64,000 nt of DNA from Planctomycetota bacterium (GTDB lineage Bacteria > Planctomycetota > Phycisphaerae > Phycisphaerales > UBA5793), in contig JABFGK010000001.1 in NCBI GenBank assembly GCA_013112555.1, forward strand, positions 1,026,581 through 1,090,580, written 5' to 3'. The translations under genes were made by a program, and so were the position numbers. Positions 27,415 to 38,298 of the stretch are shown here, piece after piece; position 1 is the first letter of the stretch; every line of letters starts with the position of its first letter. The notes under the pieces were generated by a model. It was given only the letters and a program-made list of their open reading frames with translations, did not search any database and was not told where the DNA came from.

Positions 27415-27690
27415 AGCGGAAGCGCTCCGCTGCGCGTCGCGGTTGATTGGCACTGGATTCCCGCGTGCGCGGGAATGACGAGGAGGGGGAGGGGGCACAC
27501 GGGTGGTTCTCGTCGCTGTCGCGACTCGTGCCAGCCGTGCCACCCGGGAGTGGGGAGACCCGGACAATCCGCGCGGGGCGCGCGGCTTGTCCGGCTTGTG
27601 TTTTGGAGGGGGCGGGGGGTGGGTGCACCAGGCATGATGCTTGCGCAGCATTCCCCCCCCGGCAGAGCCGGGGGCTACGGGTGTGGGGAA
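27415..27690 (-). repeat. Hairpin-repeat mosaic (R, D, Q, A, B, P modules, minus orientation)
   Basis: GGATTCCCGCGTGCGCGGGAATGACG 27454-27480; CCGGACAATCCGCGCGGGGCGCGCGGCTTGTCCGG 27560-27594; ATGATGCTTGCGCAGCAT; CCCGGCAGAGCCGGGGG. The same order recurs at 37960-38165 and 35460-35600. Confidence 0.85.
27560..27606 (+). terminator. Possible intrinsic terminator for the sigma-kinase operon (A-family hairpin plus T-rich tail)
   Basis: 16-bp stem with one mismatch, followed by CTTGTGTTTTGG, about 155 nt after the kinase stop. Confidence 0.4.
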
Positions 27691-27702
27691 TGAGGGGGAG
27701 GT

Positions 27703-28423
27703 CTACAGGGTGTTGGTCACCCAGTTGAGGAATGCGGATTTGCCGTCTTTGAGGTTGTGCAGGAGCAGGTCGGGGCGGGCCGGTTCGAGTTGGTCATGGG
27801 AGCAGCCGCCGGTGGCGACTGCAGCGACACGGCAGCTGTTGGTCTGGGCGCACTCGATGTCGGCGAGTGTGTCCCCGATGATGATGACATTTGAGGGATC
27901 AATGGAAGTACCGGTGTGTTGTTCGTAGCGCTGCACGCCGACCGGTGGGAGGTCGTTGCGGGTCGGGCCGTCGATGCCCCAGACGTTGATGGTGAACCAA
28001 TCGGGGTTGATGCCGACGGATTCGAGTTTGAGTCGGCCGTTTTCGGGGTAGTTGCCGGTGAGCAGGCCGAGTGTGAAGCGGTCGGGTTGGGCCCGGAGTG
28101 CGTCGAGGAGGCTGAGGACGCCGGGGAGGGCATGGACGTTGTGGTTCGGTGAGTTGACGGTCTGCTTCAGGTGGACGTGTGTGGCAGCGGAAGCGTTCGT
28201 GGGTGTCGGCGGTATTGGGGATGCCGTTGCGATCTGCCAGGGAGGCCCAGATGAGTGGGTCGAGGCGGCCGGCGTAGGAGATTTCCTCGTTGGCAAAGGT
28301 ATCGCCGAAGAGATCGCGGCCGGCTGCGAGGAAGGCAGCCCAACCGGAGCCGTCGCCGTGGTAGAGGGTCCCGTCGATATCGAAGAGCAGGAGGAGGATG
28401 CGGTGGTGGTTTTGGTTTTCCAT
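27703..28423 (-). pseudogene. HAD-superfamily phosphatase (phosphoglycolate-phosphatase-like), frame broken near 28181-28200
   Basis: The N-terminal part is in ORF 27899..28423 (LLLFDIDGTLYHGDG...). The C-terminal part is in the frame of ORF 27703..29148 (…HVHLKQTVNSPNHNVHALPGVLSLLDAL…LLTGNY…VIIIGDTLADIECA…). The junction on the minus strand is CGCTTCCGCTGCCACACACGTC, and removing one nucleotide restores THERF-AATHVHLKQ. Confidence 0.7.
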
Positions 28424-28446
28424 AGGGTTGGAGTGTAGGAGGGGGG

Positions 28447-28640
28447 AGCGTTAGCCGCGAGGCGGGAGCCGAGCGCGGGGGAGACCCCACGGATTGGAAT
28501 CCGTGGGCTTGGCGATCCGGGAGAGGAGATGAGAAGAGAAGGTGGATTCCCGCGTGCGCGGGAATGACGGAGGGGGCGAGGAGAAGAGAGGATGGATTCC
28601 CGCGTGCGCGGGAATGACGGAAGGGGGTGGGAATGACGGA
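28447..28640 (-). repeat. Hairpin-repeat mosaic (I-E composite, two D copies)
   Basis: GTTAGCCGCGAGGCGGGAGCCGAGCGCGGGGGAGACCCCACGGATTGGAATCCGTGGGC (also at 30341 and 51163); GGATTCCCGCGTGCGCGGGAATGACGG at ~28544 and ~28594. Confidence 0.85.
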
Positions 28641-28785
28641 GGGGGTAGCCAGATGGGGGGGATGCCGCTATCCTTGCCCCCGATTTCTGCCCCGATTTCT
28701 GCCCTGGCCTCCGGTGGTCGATTCGGGGTAGGGTGTGGTGGTCTGCTGCGGCAGGCTCGGAGTCCAGTTTTTTGTCCACAATTGA

Positions 28786-30237
<1,452 letters not shown>

Positions 30238-30269
30238 GCGGGTGAGCATTACACGATAGGGATTTGAGC

Positions 30270-30317
30270 CCGGCCCGATGTTGTGCGAGGAGCACAGCGT
30301 CGGGTCGGTTTGTTTTT
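30270..30317 (+). terminator. Strong rho-independent terminator directly after atpD
   Basis: 17-bp stem CCGGCCCGAUGUUGUGC / GCACAGCGUCGGGUCGG (three G-U pairs), loop GAGGA, then UUUGUUUUU. Confidence 0.8.
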
Positions 30318-30340
30318 GGATGGGGGTGATGGGGGGGGTG

Positions 30341-30420
30341 AGTGTTAGCCGCGAGGCGGGAGCCGAGCGCGGGAGGGAGACCCCACGGATTGGAATCCGT
30401 GGGCTTGGCGATCCGTGGGC
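30341..30420 (-). repeat. I-E composite hairpin repeat
   Basis: GTGAGTGTTAGCCGCGAGGCGGGAGCCGAGCGCGGGAGGGAGACCCCACGGATTGGAATCCGTGGGCTTGGCGATCCGTGGGC. Confidence 0.85.
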
Positions 30421-30484
30421 TCACGTGTTTGGGATTGCGGATGATGTGCATAGAGTTGGGGAACGGAAGTTGGAGGATGTGATC

Positions 30485-30790
30485 ATGAAGGTCATTCTGG
30501 ACTTGTGCGTCGTGCCGATCGGTGTGGGGACGTCGGTCTCGACGTATGTGGCGGAGTGTGAGCGGGTGCTGACGGAGGCAGGCCTGAAGCATTCGCTGCA
30601 TGCGTATGGGACGAATATCGAAGGGGAATGGGATGCGGTGCTGGCAGCGGTGAAGGCGTGTCATGAGCGGGTACATGCACTGGGGGCACCCCGGATCACG
30701 ACGACGATCAAACTGGGGACGCGGACGGATCGGGGTCAGACGATGGAGGACAAGGTGGCAAGTGTCGAGCAGAAACTTGCTGGAACCTGA
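30485..30790 (+). CDS. MTH1187/YkoF-family (DUF77) thiamine-binding-like protein
   Basis: 101 aa. MKVILDLCVVPIGVGTSVSTYVAECERVLTEAGLKHSLHAYGTNIEGEWDAVLAAVKACHERVH...TRTDRGQTMEDKVASVEQKL matches the family pattern as I recall it. GGAGGA RBS. Confidence 0.8.
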   Translation: MKVILDLCVVPIGVGTSVSTYVAECERVLTEAGLKHSLHAYGTNIEGEWDAVLAAVKACHERVHALGAPRITTTIKLGTRTDRGQTMEDKVASVEQKLAGT

Positions 30791-31073
30791 GGTTTTTTGT
30801 GCTGTGGGGTTATGTTCACGGGCGAGACGCCCGTGCCACTGGTATGAAGTGCTTTGCTCGGTTCGTGTTTTGCCTGGCTGTGTACCGGCAGTGAATTCAT
30901 CTAGGGAATGAGCCGGGTGCGTGGGTGTCATTCGTGGCAGTGTGGCTGTGAAGGGCATACGCTTGGCCCTTCAGAGCCGGTTTTTCTGCAGACTTGCTTT
31001 TGGGGAGTCTGCGCATGGGTTTTGGCAATCAAGCCGGCTGATATCGGCCGGCATTCAGTTTGGAGAAGTCATC

Positions 31074-32366
31074 ATGATGAGGCATCTGTTCAAGACCACG
31101 CTTGGCCACCGGGTTGGTGGTGTGTTTGCTCGCGGTACGGCCATCGGTTTTCTCGCATTGGCTGCAGCGATCGTGCCGGTGTTCCCGGGTGCAGTCGGCG
31201 CGTTGGCCAGCCCGTTTCAGGAGGCGGCTGTAGCGCAGAAGAAGACGGTCTATCTTGGGCCGAAGTTTGTTGAAGGCCGGGTGACGGTGTACGAGCAGCA
31301 TTCTTCGATGGAGTCGAGCCAGAAGCAGTTGGATGCGGACGGGCAGCCTCAGGGCGAGTTCGGCGGGTCGACGAAGTCGACGTTGGTGATGCGGGTGCGG
31401 ATTGCCGAGGTGCATGAGGATGGCAGCGCGACGGTTGAGATGACGTATGACCGTTTCAAGACTGAGGGTGGGGGCGATTTGAGTGCTGCGTATTCATTTG
31501 ACAGCGACGTTGATCCTTCCGAGGATGCGAATGCTCGAGTAGGGCGAGCATTTCGGACGTTGCTGACGATGAAGGTCGTGGCTGAGGTCGGGGCCGACGG
31601 GATTGTGCATTCGGTGACGGGCAGCGAAGCAGCTGCGATGGAGATCAGCCGGGTGGATGAGATCCAGGGTCGCGCCAATGAGTTTCAGCCTGCGTCATTG
31701 ATGCAGATGATGCAGAGTTTCTGGCGGATCGGGGATGAGAAGCGTGAGCGTGAGGAAGGCGAAAAGTGGGTTGAGCAGCAGGAGATGCCGTTGGGCGGGC
31801 TTGGCTCGTTGTTCTTCATCAGCACATTTGATGTGGCTGAGGTGACGGATGAGACATCGTTGATCGATTTCAATCTCGATCTCGTGCTGGAGGTGGGCGA
31901 GGAGTTCATGTTGAAAGAGGATGCTGAGGGTGATGAGTCGGGCAGTGAGGCTGACACGGAGGATGAGTCCGGCGACAGCAAGCCGGCCGGCGGCGACGGT
32001 GTGATGCAGGAGCAGGATGGCGATGACGGTCATGAAGGGCATGACCATGGTGATGCAGACGGCGGGCAGGATTCGGATACTGATGAGGATGCCCATGATG
32101 AGGACGGTCAGGATGATGACGGGGCTGATGACGCAGAGCCGATGGACATGGAGCCGCAGTACATCCCGATCGAGGATGCTCACCTTGAGGTGAAGGATCT
32201 TCCGGGCCACTTCCTGTGGGACTGTGAGCGTTCGGAGTTGATTGAGCGTGAGACGGCGTTGTGGTTTGAGTTGACGACGGTGCAGGCCGGCTTGTTCCAG
32301 TTGCGTCTCACGACGATTCAGCGAAACGATGTGAAGACGTCGCTGAAGCGAATCGCGGTTGAATAG
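31074..32366 (+). CDS. Hypothetical secreted protein with a highly acidic Asp/Glu/His/Gly insert
   Basis: ATG 31074 after GGAGA; signal-like FLALAAAIVPVFPGAVGALA. About 70 residues such as GDDGHEGHDHGDADGGQDSDTDEDAHDEDGQDDDGADD lie near the C-terminus. Confidence 0.65.
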   Translation: MMRHLFKTTLGHRVGGVFARGTAIGFLALAAAIVPVFPGAVGALASPFQEAAVAQKKTVYLGPKFVEGRVTVYEQHSSMESSQKQLDADGQPQGEFGGSTKSTLVMRVRIAEVHEDGSATVEMTYDRFKTEGGGDLSAAYSFDSDVDPSEDANARVGRAFRTLLTMKVVAEVGADGIVHSVTGSEAAAMEISRVDEIQGRANEFQPASLMQMMQSFWRIGDEKREREEGEKWVEQQEMPLGGLGSLFFISTFDVAEVTDETSLIDFNLDLVLEVGEEFMLKEDAEGDESGSEADTEDESGDSKPAGGDGVMQEQDGDDGHEGHDHGDADGGQDSDTDEDAHDEDGQDDDGADDAEPMDMEPQYIPIEDAHLEVKDLPGHFLWDCERSELIERETALWFELTTVQAGLFQLRLTTIQRNDVKTSLKRIAVE

Positions 32367-32377
32367 GCTTGAATGAC

Positions 32378-32418
32378 AAGGCGTGTATCTTCGGGTACAC
32401 GCCTTTGTTTCTTTTGTG
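32378..32418 (+). terminator. Rho-independent terminator
   Basis: AAGGCGTGTA-tcttcggg-TACACGCCTT followed by TGTTTCTTTTGTG, 12 nt after the stop at 32366. Confidence 0.75.
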
Positions 32419-32539
32419 TGAATGAGTGTCTGAGATGGGTGTCGGGTGGGCAGCCGTTTTGGCCGATTGTTTCCCCCTCCCCATTTCCCCGCCCGGTCAG
32501 TTTCGAGCATCGTTTGTTAGTAAGAAGGATTTGATTACG

Positions 32540-33739
32540 ATGAAGGTTCACGAGTATCAGGCCCGTCAGTTGTTGAGCAATGCCGGTATTCCGGTTCCGT
32601 CCGGTCGCGTTTGCACGGACCCCGGTCAGGCAGCGAGCATTTATGATGAGGTATCGAAGGAATCGGGTGCATCGCTGGCGGTGGTGAAGGCCCAGGTTCA
32701 TGCCGGCGGTCGCGGGAAGGCTGGTTTTGTCAGGCTCGTCAACAGTGCTGCGGAGGCGACCGAGGCTGCGACGTTCATGCTGAGTAATCGGATGGTGAGC
32801 GTGCAGACGGGGCCGGCTGGGTTGGATGTGAAGAAGCTGCTGATTGCGGCGGGGGTTGACATTGCCAAGGAGTATTACCTGGCGATCACGACGGATCGGG
32901 CCCGCAATACGAACACGATGATTGCCTCGGCAGAGGGTGGGGTGGAGATTGAGCAGGTTGCCAAGACGAACCCGGATGCGATCATCAAGACGCCGATGCA
33001 CCCGCTGATGGGATTGCAGGCACACCAGGCTCGCGAGATTGCGTTCAAGTTGGGGATGACGGGCAAGCAGATCGGCCAGGCGGTCAAGATTATGTTGAAC
33101 CTGTCGAAGTTGTTCCTGGCCAAGGATTGTTCGCTGGCCGAGATCAACCCGTTGGTGGTGACGCCGGCGAGCGAGGCGTACCCGGACGGCCAGGTGATTG
33201 CGATCGATGCGAAGTTCAATTTTGATGATAACGCGTTGTTCCGTCACCCGGACATTCAGGAGTTGTTCGACCCGACGGAGGAGGATCCGGCCGAGTTGAA
33301 GGCATCGGAGTATGGGTTGAGTTATATCAGCCTCGATGGGAACATCGGGTGTCTCGTGAACGGTGCCGGGCTGGCCATGTCGACGATGGACATTATTAAG
33401 TTGCATGGGGGTGAGCCGGCCAACTTTTTGGACGTGGGCGGATCGGCGAGCGAGGAGGCTGTGCGTGAGGCGTTCCGGATTATTCTGTCGGACTCGGCCG
33501 TGAAGGGTGTGTTGATCAACATTTTCGGCGGGATCATGCAGTGCGACAAGATCGCGCGCGGGATTGTGAATGCAGCCAAGGAGGTTGGGTTCGAGGTTCC
33601 CTTGATTGTTCGGCTGGAGGGGACGAATGTGACGGAGGCGCGCGGGATTCTGGCAGATGCGCAGGGCGATTTGCCGACGATGCAGCCGGCCTCGGATCTG
33701 GCAGATGCAGCGAAGAAGGTGTGTGCAGCGGTGGCGTAG
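32540..33739 (+). CDS. sucC: Succinyl-CoA ligase (ADP-forming) beta subunit
   Basis: [20 protein letters not shown]..., ATP-grasp [59 protein letters not shown] 32540; the ORF track start 32426 is upstream extension. Confidence 0.95.
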   Translation: MKVHEYQARQLLSNAGIPVPSGRVCTDPGQAASIYDEVSKESGASLAVVKAQVHAGGRGKAGFVRLVNSAAEATEAATFMLSNRMVSVQTGPAGLDVKKLLIAAGVDIAKEYYLAITTDRARNTNTMIASAEGGVEIEQVAKTNPDAIIKTPMHPLMGLQAHQAREIAFKLGMTGKQIGQAVKIMLNLSKLFLAKDCSLAEINPLVVTPASEAYPDGQVIAIDAKFNFDDNALFRHPDIQELFDPTEEDPAELKASEYGLSYISLDGNIGCLVNGAGLAMSTMDIIKLHGGEPANFLDVGGSASEEAVREAFRIILSDSAVKGVLINIFGGIMQCDKIARGIVNAAKEVGFEVPLIVRLEGTNVTEARGILADAQGDLPTMQPASDLADAAKKVCAAVA

Positions 33740-33813
33740 GGTGAGGGGAGGTGAGGAGGGGTGCGGAGGAGGGTGAGTGGGAGGAATGGCGGCCCTCACC
33801 CCCAGCCCCTCTC

Positions 33814-35258
33814 TGTATAGACCGGGGACATAGGTAACAGGTGTTCGGAGACATGGGTGACACTTTTCGTATGCTGGTTTCTTCACCGATTGAGGAGACC
33901 AGGCATGCCGTGGAAGGAAGTGTCAACCGTGTCGGAGCGACAGGAGTTTGTACACCTGGCCAGCGTCGAGGGGGCCAACATCGCCCGTCTCAGTCGCGGG
34001 TTCGGAATCAGCCGCAAGACGGCCTACAAGTGGCTCGATCGGTATCGTCGGGGAGGGGATGAGGCGTTGATTGACCGGTCGCGTCGGCCGACCCGATCAC
34101 CGGCTCAGACGCCAGTGTCAGTGGAGTCGGCGGTGCTGGCCATCCGGAGTCGCCACCCGGTCTGGGGTGGCCGCAAGATTCGTCACCGTTTGCTGGCGTT
34201 GGGCCATCATGAGTCGGTTCCGGCCGCCAGCACCATCACCGGGATTCTGCGTCGCCATGGGCTGATTGATCCAGCCGAAGCGAGCAAACACACGCCGTGT
34301 CGTCGCTTCGAACATGGGCAACCCAACGATCTGTGGCAGATGGATTTCAAAGGGCATGTCGCGATGAGCGATGCTCTCGAGGATCGTCGCCGAGTGTATC
34401 CGCTGACGGTGCTGGATGATCACTCGCGGTATGTCGTCGGGCTGCGCCTGTGGGCATGAGCGTGAAGCGACGGTTCGTTCGGAGTTGACGGGCATCTTCC
34501 AGCACTACGGGCTGCCGCGTCGAATGCTGATGGATAACGGCTCGGTCTGGCGTTCCGACACGCCGCATCGGCACACGAAGTTGACTGCGTGGTTGTTGCG
34601 TCTGGGTGTTCGCGTCACACATAGCCGCCCGGTGCACCCGCAGACGCTGGGCAAGGATGAACGGTTTCATCGGACGCTGAAAGCTGAGGCGATGACGGGT
34701 CGAACCTTCCCGGGCCTGGCCCACTGGCAGCGTCACTTCGATCGCTGGCGGACGGTGTACAACTGTGAGCGGCCGCACGAGGCATTGGACATGCATCCGC
34801 CGGTGAGCCGGTATCGTGGCAGTGACCGTGAGATGCCATCCCGGTTGCCGGCCATCGAGTATTCGCCGAGTGATGTGGTTCGCAAGGTGGGCCAGGGAGG
34901 CTGGATCACGTACGGTGGGATCGAGTACAAGATTGGGAAGGCCTTCGTCGGCGAGTATGTGGCGCTGCGTGCGATGGTCCGCGACGGGTGGTTCGAAGTG
35001 TACTTCTGCCACGAGCGGCTCGGCCGGCTCAACATTCGGAGTCTGACGCGTCGATCGGGCCGGCGTGGCGGGATGGAACGGGTGGAGCCATGTCCGGCGG
35101 GCCCGGGGTTGGGACGCGTGAGGTGAATGGCGGCTGCGTTGGCGTCACTCGCTCCGCTCGTGACGCTCCCTCCGCCCGCCATTCACCGGCCCACCGGCGT
35201 ACCATCATGTGTTACCCATGTCCCCGAACGGGTGTCACCCATCTGTCCGGTCCAAACA
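33814..35258 (+). mobile_element. IS481-family insertion sequence (1445 bp) with ~50-bp imperfect terminal inverted repeats and 5-bp target duplication
   Basis: Left end TGTATAGACCGGGGACATAGGTAACAGGTGTTCGGAGACATGGGTGACAC. Reverse complement of the right end TGTTTGGACCGGACAGATGGGTGACACCCGTTCGGGGACATGGGTAACAC. CTCTC occurs at 33809-33813 and 35259-35263. A DDE transposase lies inside. Confidence 0.8.
33905..35126 (+). pseudogene. IS481-family DDE transposase/integrase, frame broken near 34441-34452
   Basis: HTH (ANIARLSRGFGISRKTAYKWLDRY), then DDE residues in LWQMDFKG, LMDNGSVW and GKDERFHRTLK. ORF 33857..34459 ends ...VVGLRLWA* and the protein continues +1 in ORF 34416..35126 (...CGHEREATVRSELTGIFQHYGLP...). 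Confidence 0.8.
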
Positions 35259-35263
35259 CTCTC

Positions 35264-35600
35264 CCGCGGGGAGAGGGGGGCAAGAGTGCCAATCGGGAGA
35301 TTGGCGGTCCGGGGGTTGACAAAGCCGCCACCGGTGGTGGCGGTAGAGAGAAGAGAAGATGGATTCCCGCGTGAGCGGGAATGACGGGGGGGGGGAGGGC
35401 GTTTACCCCACGGATAGGAATCCGTGGGCTTGGGGGAGAGGGAGAGGGGGTGAAGGGGGGAAGAGACCCGGACAATGCGCGGGGCGCGGCTTGTCCGGCT
35501 TGTGGTTTTGGAGGGGGTGTGGGTGCACAAGGCATGATGCTTGCGCATCATTCTCTCCCCCCGGCGGAGCCGGGAGCTAATGGGAGCCGTGCCCCCCGGC
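35264..35600 (-). repeat. Hairpin-repeat mosaic (split palindrome, J, D, E-variant, A, B, P)
   Basis: GCCAATC-GGGA-GATTGGC 35288-35305; GCCGCCACC-GGT-GGTGGCGG 35324-35343; GGATTCCCGCGTGAGCGGGAATGACGG ~35362; CCCCACGGATAGGAATCCGTGGGC 35407-35429; A 35468-35498; ATGATGCTTGCGCATCAT. Confidence 0.85.
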
Positions 35601-35612
35601 GGGAATGACGGT

Positions 35613-35652
35613 TGAAAAGTACAGCAAGCCACGGTGGAAGGATGACCGTGGC
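35613..35652 (-). terminator. Rho-independent terminator downstream of flagellin 1
   Basis: Minus strand GCCACGGT-catccttcc-ACCGTGGC followed by TTGCTGTACTTTT. Confidence 0.6.
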
Positions 35653-35727
35653 CTGCTGGTGGGTGCGTCCTGGTGGATCATGGTTTCTCAATCGAGTTGC
35701 CGATGATCCGTTTTTAGCCTGTCGGTT

Positions 35728-37188
35728 TTACCCGAGCAGTGCCAGGACGTTTTGCGGTTGGAGGTTCGCAATCGAGAGAACCTGCGTTGCTGCCTGCACC
35801 AGGATCTGTGACCGGGTGAGGTTGGCCGTTTCGGCTGCGAAGTCTGTTTCGCGGATCTGGCCTTCAGCGGCTGCGGTGTTCTCGAAGGTAACCCCGAGGT
35901 TTCGGATGGTTGAGCCAACGGTGTTGGCCTGGAAGGATCCGAGTCGGCCTCGCAGTGAGGCAACCTGCTTGACGGATTCATCGACGACGAGTTTGGCCTG
36001 CTCAATGTCACCGGTGACCAGGTTATTGGTTCCACCTGACTTGAGCGAGGAGATGTACCCGAGCGTTGAGGTCCCGAGGTTGCCGGTGGTGACCGTCTCG
36101 ATCCCGATACTGACCTTCCCGGCCAGGTTCACGTTCGGAGCAAGGCTGAATGTTGCGCCGCCGCCCGTCACGTAGAACGATGAAGTCTGACCGTCAGAGT
36201 TGATTGAGGTATCGATGGTGATTTCGACATCGAGTCCCTCGGAGCTCACTCTGGCAGTCAGGCCGTCCGTAGTGGCCTGAGTGCCGTTGATAAGTAAGGT
36301 CGCGTCTCGACCATAATCTTTCTTCTCATTTGCGGCATTGGCCCTCCCCTCATCGTAGATGAGGTTGTCCTGGTTGCCGTCGAGATACTTGGCACTGACG
36401 AACTGGGTTGACCCGTATGTGGTTGCCCGGAGGTTCACCATTGCGGTATCGGTCGTGTCCTGCGTTGCCGACACCCCGGTGACATCCTTGAACTGATTGA
36501 TGGCGTCAATGATGTCTGACTGCGAGGTATTAGAAGCGAAGGTAAACTGCTGCGTCCCCAGATTGCCCGTGATCTCGATCGTGTATGCCTGCCCGCTGAC
36601 ATCGAATGCCGAGCCGGTGGACAGGAAGACCGATCCAGTCTGGGCCGACTGGACGACGTCCAGGTTGACGGTCATATACGCCCCGGACGAGGTCGGCAGT
36701 TTGGCTGCATTGATGGTGACTTCCGAGAGTTGGCTCTCGTTGATGCCCGAGGTGGTGTAATCGAAGTTGCCGTTGAGCAACTTCGTCCCCTTGAAGGACG
36801 TCATGTTTGCAATGCGGTCGATCGTTTGGAGGATCGAGTCGATTTGCAGCTGGTTGGCGTCCTTCTCCTCCTGACTCAGGCCGGACTCGTTTGCCGAGGC
36901 ACCGACCAGTCCTTGGAGTTCGATCAGCATTGAGCTGATCTCCTGGAGACCGCCTTCAGCGACGTTTACGACCTGCTCGGCTCGTTCGGCATTTGAAATC
37001 GCCGTTGAGATTGCAATCTTCTCGGATCTGAGTGATTCAGATGCGATCAGGCCGGCAGGGTCATCGGCACCGCGGTTGATTCGCAGGCCGGTGCTGAGCC
37101 GCTCAAGACTCGTTGCAAGTGCAATGTTCTGGTTTTGCAACGTTCGCTGAGCGATCAGCGATGGGACGTTGGTAATGATACGACTCAT
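35728..37188 (-). CDS. fliC: Flagellin
   Basis: 486 aa. Conserved N-domain MSRIITNVPSLIAQRTLQNQN...LERLSTGLRINRGADDPAGLIASESLRSE and C-domain ...LTRSQILVQAATQVLSIANLQPQNVLALLG. Confidence 0.95.
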   Translation of the reverse strand: MSRIITNVPSLIAQRTLQNQNIALATSLERLSTGLRINRGADDPAGLIASESLRSEKIAISTAISNAERAEQVVNVAEGGLQEISSMLIELQGLVGASANESGLSQEEKDANQLQIDSILQTIDRIANMTSFKGTKLLNGNFDYTTSGINESQLSEVTINAAKLPTSSGAYMTVNLDVVQSAQTGSVFLSTGSAFDVSGQAYTIEITGNLGTQQFTFASNTSQSDIIDAINQFKDVTGVSATQDTTDTAMVNLRATTYGSTQFVSAKYLDGNQDNLIYDEGRANAANEKKDYGRDATLLINGTQATTDGLTARVSSEGLDVEITIDTSINSDGQTSSFYVTGGGATFSLAPNVNLAGKVSIGIETVTTGNLGTSTLGYISSLKSGGTNNLVTGDIEQAKLVVDESVKQVASLRGRLGSFQANTVGSTIRNLGVTFENTAAAEGQIRETDFAAETANLTRSQILVQAATQVLSIANLQPQNVLALLG

Positions 37189-37413
37189 GGTTTCCTCCGT
37201 GAAGAAATCTCACCCGTCATGGGTCCTGGATTCGAAACGCCCTCATTCCCCCAGGAACTTCTTGGACCGGCCTCTATCCTTTGGGTGGTCCGTTGCGTGT
37301 ACTGCTCTTCCGTCCGATCAATCTGCCCTCAGTCGTCTCTCGGTCTTTTTCTCAGCGGCGGGTCTGTGCGGTCTATGCTGCCATTCCCGATGCGATCCCG
37401 CCACGCCAATCGA

Positions 37414-37442
37414 GTATCGGCCTGTTCCTTTAGCCTGTTGAG
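37414..37442 (-). promoter_or_regulatory. Candidate sigma-28-type promoter for flagellin 1
   Basis: Minus strand reads CTCAAC-N15-GCCGATAC (consensus TAAA-N15-GCCGATAA), ~226 nt upstream of the ATG. A single imperfect match. Confidence 0.3.
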
Positions 37443-37688
37443 TGCAATAAGAATGAATCTGTGGTTTCATTCGTACTGGGTCTGATAAGTGTCAGTCGGG
37501 ACGGAGCCGCTGAAGTGTGGGGCCGTGGGGCGCACATCGGCAGCGCTGGGCGCGTCTCCTTTAATTAGGTTAGAGGCCGGGGTGAGGGGCAGGTGGCGAT
37601 AGTTTGTTCGGAGGGAGTACCGGCGTTGAGGGGAGTTATTGGGACGTCGCCGATTTGTTTGGATTGTTTGCTGAGGTGATGGGGACGA

Positions 37689-38200
37689 GCGCCAATCGGG
37701 AGATTGGCGATCCGGGGGGTCACAAAGCCGCCACCGGTGGTGGCGGTAGAAGGGAAGAAGAGAAGATGGATCCCGGCCTGCGCCGGGATGACGGAAGGAG
37801 GGGATGGGGAGGGGAGAGAGGATGCGCTCCGCTCCGCGTCGCGGTAAATTGGGACTGGATTCCCGCGTGCGCGGGAATGACGGGGAGGGGAGGAGAGGAG
37901 AGGAGAGAAGATGGATCCCGGCCTGCGCCGGGATGACGGAGGGAGGGGAGGGGAATGAGGGGTGGGGTATAAGGAGGAGACACGGGTCGGCTTCGTCGCG
38001 TGCGCGACTCACCCGAGCTGTGCCACCCGGGATACCACCCGGGAGTGGGGAGGCCCGGACAATCCGCGCGGTGCGCGGCTTGTCCGGCATGTGGGAGGTG
38101 AGGCATGGCATGATGCTTGCGCATCATTCCCCCGGCTCCGCCGGGGGCTAACGGGAGTGGGGAATGAGAGGATGGATTCCCGCGCACGCGGGAATGACGG
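37689..38200 (-). repeat. Large hairpin-repeat mosaic between the two flagellin genes
   Basis: J pair 37691-37750; GGATCCCGGCCTGCGCCGGGATGACGGA at ~37767 and ~37913 (D-variant); R-D at ~37820-37885; Q-A-B-P at 37960-38160 (A 38055-38087); D 38172-38200. Confidence 0.85.
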
Positions 38201-38208
38201 AAGGAGGG

Positions 38209-38251
38209 GGGTGAACAAAGAAGCCCCCGGTGTGTGTGAGCACCGGGGGCT
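38209..38251 (-). terminator. Rho-independent terminator downstream of flagellin 2
   Basis: Minus strand GCCCCCGGTG-ctcacaca-CACCGGGGGC followed by TTCTTTGTTC. Confidence 0.7.
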
Positions 38252-38298
38252 GGAGCGTGTTCGGGGGAGATTCAGTTGTTATGGGGCGTGTCGGCTTC

